Assembly (NCBI GenBank): GCA_041747755.1
Contig: JBGTEN010000001.1
Location: forward strand, 668-64,667
Reading direction: 5' to 3'
Origin: Arenibacter sp.
Lineage (GTDB): Bacteria > Bacteroidota > Bacteroidia > Flavobacteriales > Flavobacteriaceae
Length of the DNA: 64,000 nt
Made by a program: the position numbers and the translations under genes. Shown piece by piece: positions 29,390 to 36,737 of this stretch. The first letter of the stretch is position 1, and every line of letters starts with the position of its first letter. Under the pieces are notes generated by a model that saw nothing but the letters and a program-made list of their open reading frames with translations, made no database searches and was not told the DNA's origin.

Positions 29390-30919
29390 TCAACTTTGAT
29401 TCACTTTCCTTAACTCAAAAAGATCCTTTCTTCGATCCCGTAAATTTTTTACACTTCCAAATTGATTCAATTGACGTAGTAGATCAATATCTACATCGGC
29501 AATTAATATCATTTCAGTGTTGGGTGTTGCTTCTGCTTTTATTCCACTGGCCGGAAAGGCAAAATCACATGGCGTAAATACCATGGATTGGGCAAATTGA
29601 ATATCCATATTGTGTACCTTAGGCAAATTTCCCACACTACCGGCAATTGCTACATAACATTCGTTTTCAATAGCTCTTGCTCTGGCGCAGTTACGAACAC
29701 GAGAATACCCGTTTTGAGTATCCGTAAGAAAAGGCACAAAAAGGATGTCCATTCCTTCATCTGCGAGGAGTCTGCTCAATTCAGGAAATTCGGAATCATA
29801 ACAAATCAGAATACCTATTTTTCCACAATCGGTATCAAAGGCTTTAAACTCCGTTCCACCCTGCATCCCCCAAACCTTGGCTTCATCGGGCGTAACATGT
29901 AATTTTTCATAGCGCTCCTTAGTACCATCTCTTTTACATAGGTAACCCACATTATAAAGGGTTTCATCCTTTATTTCGGGCATACTGCCGGTGATGATAT
30001 TGATGTTATAGGAAATGGCCAATTCTGCAAATTTCTGAACAATTTTTGGGGTATGCTTGGCTAATTCTCGTATTGCTTCCGACTCTGACATATGATTATT
30101 TTCTGCCATCAGCGGAGCATTAAAAAACTCGGGAAAAAGGGCAAAATCCGATCGATATCCTGAAACAGCATCCACAAAATACTCCGCTTGCTGCATTAGG
30201 TCGTCCAAATTTTTGTAAGAACGCATTTGCCATTGAATCAGCCCAAGGCGAACTACCTTTTTAACGGTATTGGCCTTTTTGTTCTTTTTTTCGTAATAGA
30301 TATTATCCCATTCCATCAACACCGCGTAATCATTGGAAGCGGCATCGCCATCCAAATAATTCTTAAGGATTTTGGTAGGGTGAAAATCGTTGGAAATCTG
30401 AAAATTCAGCACCGGATCTACGATTTCTTTCCGTTTTACCTTTTCAATGTAGGCCTTTGGGGAAAGGGTATCCGCATGCAAATGGTAATTTGGCATACGT
30501 CCGCCAAAGGCAACACCTTTTAGATTCAGACGCTCAACCAATTCCTTTCGGTAGTCGTACAATCTTCGTCCTAACCGAAGTCCGCGAAATTCCGGCTTTA
30601 TAAATACATCAATACCATAAAGCACATCCCCATATTCATCATGGGTACTAAAGGTGTAGTTGCCTGTAATTTCTTTGTAGGTATGCAGTTCATCAAATTT
30701 GTTATAATCCAAAATAAGAGACAGGGCGCAACCGGCAATTTGACCATTTACTTTTATAACGACTTGTCCTTCCGGAAAGCGTTCAATTAAACTTTGGATT
30801 TGTTCTTCTCTCCAATAGGCATCGGGCATGGTTGAATAAGCAGAAATCATCGCTTTTTTCAATTCCTGGTAATCATCAACTTTTAAATAGGAGAGGTCAA
30901 TATTTTCAATTTCATTCAT
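29390..30919 (-). CDS. bifunctional GNAT N-acetyltransferase / carbon-nitrogen hydrolase (nitrilase superfamily) protein
   Basis: N-terminal GNAT motif A FRGLRLGRRLY. C-terminal CN-hydrolase E-K-C triad contexts LFPEFF, YEKLHV and ILICYDSEFPE. Confidence 0.85.
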   Translation of the reverse strand: MNEIENIDLSYLKVDDYQELKKAMISAYSTMPDAYWREEQIQSLIERFPEGQVVIKVNGQIAGCALSLILDYNKFDELHTYKEITGNYTFSTHDEYGDVLYGIDVFIKPEFRGLRLGRRLYDYRKELVERLNLKGVAFGGRMPNYHLHADTLSPKAYIEKVKRKEIVDPVLNFQISNDFHPTKILKNYLDGDAASNDYAVLMEWDNIYYEKKNKKANTVKKVVRLGLIQWQMRSYKNLDDLMQQAEYFVDAVSGYRSDFALFPEFFNAPLMAENNHMSESEAIRELAKHTPKIVQKFAELAISYNINIITGSMPEIKDETLYNVGYLCKRDGTKERYEKLHVTPDEAKVWGMQGGTEFKAFDTDCGKIGILICYDSEFPELSRLLADEGMDILFVPFLTDTQNGYSRVRNCARARAIENECYVAIAGSVGNLPKVHNMDIQFAQSMVFTPCDFAFPASGIKAEATPNTEMILIADVDIDLLRQLNQFGSVKNLRDRRKDLFELRKVNQS

Positions 30920-30971
30920 ACAAAATCACTATAAGCTGCAAAAGTAAGGTTTAATAATAGAACATGTCCTC

Positions 30972-31712
30972 TTATTCAGGGTCTTGATGGGTTTTGGCGG
31001 AAGTAGCTACGAGTCGGTTAATTTCTGAAACTTCGTTCTCGGTCAAATACCGCCATTTTCCCAAGGGGACATCCAAGGAAACATTCATTATACGGATTCG
31101 TTTTAGCTGAACTACATTATATCCCAGATACTCGCACATTCTCCTAATTTGTCGGTTTAAACCCTGAGTGAGGATAATTCTAAACTGGTACCTATCGATT
31201 TGCTCCACAACACATTTTCGGGTGACGGTGTCCAGGATGGGCACGCCCTCACCCATATTTTGAATAAAGGTTTTGGTAATAGGTTTGTTTACCATTACCA
31301 AATATTCCTTTTCGTGGTGATTTCGGGCTCTTAGGATTTTATTGACGATATCACCATCATTGGTTAAAAAGATAAGGCCTTCACTGGGTTTATCCAAGCG
31401 CCCAATGGGAAAGATACGTTTAGGGTAGTTGATAAAATCTATAATATTGTCTTTCTCTACCCCGGTATCTGTGGTACAGACAATGCCTACAGGTTTATTA
31501 AAAGCCAGGTATACAAAGTCCTCTTTAGGGGGAGAAATAAGTTTCCCATCTACCCGTACCTCGTCTTCTGAGGAGATTTTAGTGCCCATTTCCGGCACTT
31601 TTCCGTTGATAGTTACCCTTCCGGCATCGATAAGTTTATCAGCCTCCCTTCGGGAACAAAAGCCGACTTCACTTAAATATTTATTGATTCGGGTAGTTTC
31701 CGGTGCACTCAT
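30972..31712 (-). CDS. rluF: 23S rRNA pseudouridine synthase, RluF-like (S4 + RsuA-family catalytic domain)
   Basis: [19 protein letters not shown] (S4), catalytic [20 protein letters not shown], and [11 protein letters not shown]. Collinear with E. coli RluF as I recall it. Confidence 0.88.
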   Translation of the reverse strand: MSAPETTRINKYLSEVGFCSRREADKLIDAGRVTINGKVPEMGTKISSEDEVRVDGKLISPPKEDFVYLAFNKPVGIVCTTDTGVEKDNIIDFINYPKRIFPIGRLDKPSEGLIFLTNDGDIVNKILRARNHHEKEYLVMVNKPITKTFIQNMGEGVPILDTVTRKCVVEQIDRYQFRIILTQGLNRQIRRMCEYLGYNVVQLKRIRIMNVSLDVPLGKWRYLTENEVSEINRLVATSAKTHQDPE

Positions 31713-31734
31713 GTACTTTTAAATAGCTTTTTTG

Positions 31735-31762
31735 CAAATTTACGGTAATTAAAATACAACAA
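31735..31762 (-). promoter_or_regulatory. Bacteroidota-type promoter (TTG-N17-TAAATTTG) for rluF
   Basis: The minus strand reads ccTTGttgtattttaattaccgTAAATTTGcaaaaaagc, and the ATG lies about 23 nt downstream of the -7 box. Confidence 0.5.
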
Positions 31763-31825
31763 GGGGCCACTTTTTAAACGAAGTTAAACTAAAGTTGCGA
31801 CACCTATTTTTAAAATTATAGCAAC

Positions 31826-31855
31826 AAAAAAAGGAATTGCTTTCTGGACAATTCC
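31826..31855 (-). terminator. intrinsic terminator after 31882..32193
   Basis: The minus strand reads GGAATTG-TCCAGAAAG-CAATTCC-TTTTTTT, a perfect 7-bp stem plus a 7-T run. Confidence 0.7.
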
Positions 31856-31881
31856 TCTTCTCAGGGTTGAAAAATAGGGCT

Positions 31882-32193
31882 CTAATTTCTATCCCTGACG
31901 TTGCTCTTCTTTCTCGCAATTTTTCTGCTTGCACGGTCTTGGGCTTTTTCCAGGCGAACTTTTTCAGCCGGACTTACACTGCCATCGGCTTTGGATCTGC
32001 GTTCCAGACGTCTTATTCTTTTTTGTTCTTTTACCAGTCTGCGGGTTTCCAGAGCGGTTAACTCACCACTTTGAACCCCGTCTTTAATTCTTTCTTTTTG
32101 AATGGCTTGTCTCGCATCCGCTCTTGGGGTTTGCTGGGCGGCCATGGTGCCAAACCATAAAAGTCCAAGTAGTGTTAGTATTATATTCTTCAT
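31882..32193 (-). CDS. secreted Arg/Lys-rich hypothetical protein
   Basis: Signal peptide MKNIILTLLGLLWFGTMAAQQ from ATG 32193 (tracked ORF extends to 32244), followed by a helical basic region. A good terminator follows. Confidence 0.5.
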   Translation of the reverse strand: MKNIILTLLGLLWFGTMAAQQTPRADARQAIQKERIKDGVQSGELTALETRRLVKEQKRIRRLERRSKADGSVSPAEKVRLEKAQDRASRKIARKKSNVRDRN

Positions 32194-32441
32194 TATTATA
32201 AATTTTAGCTTTTTAAGAAGGTATAACGCAGAGCCAAATGGCAATATTGTAGGGGATAGAAGCTTTTAATTTGGGGTAATGGGGATATTAACAGCTATTA
32301 TGAGTGGTTTGGTGCGTTGTTGCTAAAAGTTATAATCTCCGCCTTGCAAAGGCGCCATTTTAACTACTGCCCTGCTTGTAGGAGTATATAACTCTATTTT
32401 CGGATTTTAAGTAAAGAAAAACAGATTCACCTTCAAGTAAC

Positions 32442-33950
32442 CTATTTTGTTAAGAATACTCTAATATCCTGAGCCAATTGAATTAAATCCGGTTCATGGG
32501 TATACATCATATGTCCGCTTTCGTAATAGTGTAGTTGAACCCGCTCTTTTACGATTCCGTTACGGGAAAAGGTATATTCGGCATCAAAGAAAGGTGTAAT
32601 TAGATCATAATATCCACAGGCAACCAGTACATTCATTGCGGTATTGCGCCGCATGGCATCGCCCAGACCTCGGGCAACATTAACGGGTATTGGTTCCCAA
32701 TATTGGTTATCCGGCACGTTTCTCCAACGCCAATGATTCCCTATTTCTTCATTGGAAACAACGTAAGAACGATCCATTGCTACTTTTAATGTTGTAGCAT
32801 AGTACTGATGTAAGGCCGCTGTATAGGCTGCGCTGATATGGTAACTTGCGGGATCGCCCAGATGAGGCTCTTCAGAAACGGCATCGGATTCGTCTCCCAT
32901 AAATCTGCCGTCCAATCTTCCGATGGCCAGCCCCTCTTTGGCAAGCAGTTGTTTCTGAAAGCGCGGCACCAAAATTTGTAAATTAGATTTTAAAATATAG
33001 GCCTTGTCTAATCCTGTGAAATAAGCCAGTCTTTCAGCAACACCATCCTGCTCAGATTTGCTTAGAAGGGAACCTTTGTATAGTGCTGGCGCATAACTGT
33101 CATAGGTGAATTTTCTACATTCCTCTGTAAAGGCTTCCAGGGTTTTTCCTTGTCCCGCTTTTTTGTGATACCATGCCGTTGCGGCCATACTGGGCAGATA
33201 CGTTAAATAGGAGGTGATGTTATCGTGAATGGAGGTAGAACCATCATAATCCAGCGCTTGAGAGATAAGGATAAGTCCGTTTAGCGCCATATTTTCCGTT
33301 TCATCTTCTAACATATTGGTAACGGCTACGGCTCTTGTGGTTCCAAAACTTTCACCGGCAAGATATTTTGGAGAGAACCAGCGTTTATTTTCGGTAATCC
33401 ACTGTCGAATAAACTTTGCAACAGAAGCGGCATCTTCGTTAAGGCCCCAATAATCGGTTACCTTTCCTTTTCCGACTACCCTACTGTAGCCTGTTCCTAC
33501 AGGGTCTATAAAAACAAAATCGGAAAGATCCAGTAATCCGTGTTCATTTGTAACCAAAGGATAGGGCGCAGCTCCGTCATCTACCAAAGCATCCGAATTT
33601 ACTTTTACAATTTGAGGTCCAAACATGCCCATATGCAGCCATATTGAAGCAGAACCTGGTCCGCCATTAAACACAAAGGTTACCGGTTTTTTAGTGTTGT
33701 CGGATAAACCTTCCTCAGTATAAGCAACAGACCAGATGGAGGCAACGGGTTCCCCATAAGTATCTTTTAAGTACGTTTCTTTTGCAGTTGCCTTGTATTT
33801 AATGGTTTTACCCCCAAAAAGCCCTTGATGGGTGGTTACAAAAGCTTTTGGATCCGGAATAGGTCCCACAACTTCTTTTTCTTCCTGTGCAATTAAAGGA
33901 AGTATACTAAAGAAAACAAAGAGATAAAAGTGGTTTTTCATATTGGACAT
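32442..33950 (-). CDS. secreted peptidase S10-family serine carboxypeptidase
   Basis: Signal peptide, FNGGPGSAS, nucleophile YLAGESFGT, C-terminal His context YESGHMMY. Confidence 0.8.
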   Translation of the reverse strand: MSNMKNHFYLFVFFSILPLIAQEEKEVVGPIPDPKAFVTTHQGLFGGKTIKYKATAKETYLKDTYGEPVASIWSVAYTEEGLSDNTKKPVTFVFNGGPGSASIWLHMGMFGPQIVKVNSDALVDDGAAPYPLVTNEHGLLDLSDFVFIDPVGTGYSRVVGKGKVTDYWGLNEDAASVAKFIRQWITENKRWFSPKYLAGESFGTTRAVAVTNMLEDETENMALNGLILISQALDYDGSTSIHDNITSYLTYLPSMAATAWYHKKAGQGKTLEAFTEECRKFTYDSYAPALYKGSLLSKSEQDGVAERLAYFTGLDKAYILKSNLQILVPRFQKQLLAKEGLAIGRLDGRFMGDESDAVSEEPHLGDPASYHISAAYTAALHQYYATTLKVAMDRSYVVSNEEIGNHWRWRNVPDNQYWEPIPVNVARGLGDAMRRNTAMNVLVACGYYDLITPFFDAEYTFSRNGIVKERVQLHYYESGHMMYTHEPDLIQLAQDIRVFLTK

Positions 33951-34007
33951 ATAATTGGTAACCGGGAAATTGAATGTGCTGGATTTTAAGTTGATAAAGG
34001 GAATCGT

Positions 34008-34877
34008 TTATTTTTGATGAAACGTATCCGACACAAACTCCAATACAGAGGGTAGGGATTCTCGCCAGTATGTCCAGTTGTGCGCACCATCTCGAATTCT
34101 GAATTCATGGGGAATTTCTTTTTTCTTTAAAGCTATATGCACCAGACTATTGCCTTCGTATAAAAAGTCATCGTCCCCGCAATCGATAAACCATTTTACG
34201 GATTTTAATTTTTCCGCATCGGTGCTTTCAATAAGCGAAAGCGCATTGTGGTTCTCAAAGTAGGTTTGCAAATCGGTGTCCGAACCCGTGTAGGTTTCAT
34301 TACTTCGTTTAAAACGTTCTTTTAGTTCATCGAGTGATAAAGCTCCAACGGATGCGCTCAAGGGACAAGCCGATGAAAATAAGTCCGGTTGGTGTAAGGC
34401 ATACATAAAGGTGCCTCCACCACCCATGGAGAGTCCGGCAATTGCCCGATTTCGTTTATCAGCTCTAATGCGATAGGTTTTTTCCACATGCGGCATCAAT
34501 TCCTTAAAGAAAAAATCTTCATAGTTCCAGTCGCCTTTAATTGCATTAAAATAACCCCGTTTCCCGGTATTGGCATCGGGCATCACGATAATCATGGGGG
34601 TAGCTTTTCCTTCTTTTATGGCTTTGTCGGTGATATGTAATACTTCACCAAACTGTACCCAGCCGGTTTGGTCGTCTCCACCACCATGTAGTAAATAAAG
34701 CACGGGATAACTTCTTTGGGAAGTTTCGTAATCCGGAGGCAGATATATAGCAAATTTGCGGTCACTTTTTAGGATGGCACTCTTTACTGTAAGATTGTCA
34801 AATACTTTTCCGGTTTGACAAAAGGCGCTTAGGGATACAAAAAGCGCAAGCAAGATGGGCAAGGAGGTAGTTTTCAT
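34008..34877 (-). CDS. secreted esterase family protein (alpha/beta hydrolase, esterase-D-like)
   Basis: Signal peptide, YLLHGGGDD, nucleophile GLSMGG, C-terminal DGAHNW. Confidence 0.8.
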   Translation of the reverse strand: MKTTSLPILLALFVSLSAFCQTGKVFDNLTVKSAILKSDRKFAIYLPPDYETSQRSYPVLYLLHGGGDDQTGWVQFGEVLHITDKAIKEGKATPMIIVMPDANTGKRGYFNAIKGDWNYEDFFFKELMPHVEKTYRIRADKRNRAIAGLSMGGGGTFMYALHQPDLFSSACPLSASVGALSLDELKERFKRSNETYTGSDTDLQTYFENHNALSLIESTDAEKLKSVKWFIDCGDDDFLYEGNSLVHIALKKKEIPHEFRIRDGAHNWTYWRESLPSVLEFVSDTFHQK

Positions 34878-34916
34878 GGGTTTGTTTTTTATTGGTTTTT
34901 TATAGAGATTGTGCTT

Positions 34917-35651
34917 TTATTTGATGCGAACGTAAACCAATTTAAATCGGCCTTTTAAATTTTCCCGCTCTTCTACTTCAAAATTTTTGATGGATTTGAT
35001 TAGCGGGGTCAGTTTAGGAAATCCATAATTTCGGGAATCAAAATTGGGTTGTTTTTTTTGCAATAAGCTACCTACATCCCCCAGAAAAGCCCAGCCATCA
35101 TCATCAGCCACATCCGAAATGGTCGAGGAAATGAGTTTAATATCTTTTAAGGTTATTTTATCGACGGTACTTTTTTCGGGGGCTCTGGCACCCAATAAAT
35201 CTACCTCGCTTTCTGCGGATTGCTGTTTTATAATTTCGATGTAGATAAACTTATCGCAGGCTACAATAAATGGATTGGGTGTTTTTTTCTCACCAATTCC
35301 GTATACCTGCATGCCCGCTTCCCGGAGGCGAGTGGCCAATTTGGTAAAATCACTATCGCTGGATACCAAACAAAAGCCATTTACCCTTTGGGAATATAAT
35401 ATATCCATGGCATCGATAATCATAGCTGAATCAGTAGCATTTTTGCCCGTAGTGTAGGAATATTGCTGAATGGGTGTTATGGCGTTTTCCAACAGCACAT
35501 TTTTCCATTTGGAGAGTTTGGGGTTGGTCCAGTCTCCATATATTCTTTTTATGGTGGGATTACCATATTTAGCAATTTCCTCCATCATGCCCTTTACATG
35601 GGCCGATGGAATGTTGTCTCCGTCTATTAATACGGCCAATTTTATGTCCAT
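34917..35651 (-). CDS. NYN-domain (LabA-like) protein with C-terminal OST-HTH/LOTUS domain
   Basis: VLIDGDNI and LVSSDSDF acidic motifs of NYN/PIN-like nucleases. C-terminal DDDGWAFLGDVGSLLQKKQPNFDSRNYGFPKL is a LOTUS signature. Confidence 0.8.
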   Translation of the reverse strand: MDIKLAVLIDGDNIPSAHVKGMMEEIAKYGNPTIKRIYGDWTNPKLSKWKNVLLENAITPIQQYSYTTGKNATDSAMIIDAMDILYSQRVNGFCLVSSDSDFTKLATRLREAGMQVYGIGEKKTPNPFIVACDKFIYIEIIKQQSAESEVDLLGARAPEKSTVDKITLKDIKLISSTISDVADDDGWAFLGDVGSLLQKKQPNFDSRNYGFPKLTPLIKSIKNFEVEERENLKGRFKLVYVRIK

Positions 35652-35818
35652 AAATTCATTTTAGTTCTCCTGATTTGGTCTGTGTACCGCCAACTTAAGT
35701 TGTTGTTTTTTACTTGAAATTCAATAAATTGGAAGAATTCGTGTTTCAGGTTGCCTAAAAATAATACTTATTTAGCAAATCTGTTTTTTTATTCTATAGC
35801 CTATAAATGTTACTAGTT

Positions 35819-35861
35819 AAAAAAACAGCCCTCCTTCTCCTTGTTTTGGAAAAAGAGGGCT
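35819..35861 (-). terminator. intrinsic terminator after the DinB-family gene
   Basis: The minus strand reads AGCCCTC-(21-nt loop)-GAGGGCT-GTTTTTTT. Confidence 0.6.
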
Positions 35862-35888
35862 TTTAATCGATGGTGAAAACAAACTTTC

Positions 35889-36491
35889 TTATTTGGGAAA
35901 ATTGCTATTTGTTTTTACCTCCTCCATTTGAAGGATATGGCGTTCGGTATGCGCCGACATGAATAATAGGACTTGATAGGCATCTATAGTGCCAAAAGGA
36001 AGCTGTTGGTAACGATTTCTCAAATCTTCTTCCGTGGTTTTTACATAGTCAATATGCATTTTTCTTTTGGAGCTGAACTCTTCTACCGTGGCCTCATGAG
36101 ATCCAAATTTTGACGATGGCTCAAAGGCTTCGGAAGTTTTTACCTTGTTACTACGATCTACTATCATAGCGAGCAAGTCCTCATCAGCGGTTTTTACTTC
36201 AGATCGTCTGGAGGTATCGGGTTCTGTTTGCATTGCTCCTTGAAACATCCCATAGATCATTTCTTCGGACAAGGCAATATGTTCGGCACATTCCGCAATG
36301 GACCATGAGGAGTCGTCACTTTTAAAGTCAAGCTGTTCTTTAGACAGACCGTCTAAGGCACTCAAAAAGTGGTCATGTGTTTTGGTCATTTCGGTAATGG
36401 CAAACTCCCTTTCGGCATCGGTTAATTTTTGTTCCTCAATGCTAAATCCCATGAGGGATAAGATTAGAATGGAAAATAAGGTTTTTTTCAT
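35889..36491 (-). CDS. DinB-family protein with signal peptide
   Basis: MKKTLFSILILSLMGFS signal. Conserved His positions (AEHIALSEE ... SAHTERHILQ) fit the DinB/YfiT-like four-helix bundle. Confidence 0.72.
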   Translation of the reverse strand: MKKTLFSILILSLMGFSIEEQKLTDAEREFAITEMTKTHDHFLSALDGLSKEQLDFKSDDSSWSIAECAEHIALSEEMIYGMFQGAMQTEPDTSRRSEVKTADEDLLAMIVDRSNKVKTSEAFEPSSKFGSHEATVEEFSSKRKMHIDYVKTTEEDLRNRYQQLPFGTIDAYQVLLFMSAHTERHILQMEEVKTNSNFPK

Positions 36492-36606
36492 ATTTCAATA
36501 GATTTACTGTTGATATTCAGTTGATTAGTGCTAAAATAGAAATTTAATTCCAGATGTAATACAAGAGGAATATATTAAATTATAAAAGCTTGCAAGGCAA
36601 AGTTAT

Positions 36607-36644
36607 CTACTCACTTACTTCAGTCCGTTATATCAAGTGAGTAG
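36607..36644 (-). terminator. perfect 10-bp inverted repeat downstream of the M14 gene (possible terminator without a U-tract)
   Basis: CTACTCACTT (36607..36616) and AAGTGAGTAG (36635..36644) with an 18-nt loop, about 95 nt downstream of the stop at 36738. Confidence 0.35.
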
Positions 36645-36737
36645 CTTTAATTACTGCTTCTCCTATATGGTTGCCAGTTGTAACGGTTTGCTATAAAACA
36701 AAAATCCAAAAACTGCCCTGACAAATTTTACGTAACC

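Noticed and set aside
31749-32061. ORFs 31749..31934 (-) and 31837..32061 (+) around the small basic-protein gene.
   Set aside because: They span the terminator hairpin or lie antisense to the signal-peptide-bearing ORF. I found no independent support for them.
36598-36605. TAACTTTG (minus strand) as the -7 box for the DinB-family gene.
   Set aside because: It is an exact TAnnTTTG match, but it would give a 5' UTR of about 100 nt, has no -33 TTG at a usable spacing, and abuts the 10-bp inverted repeat. That is too weak to list as a feature.
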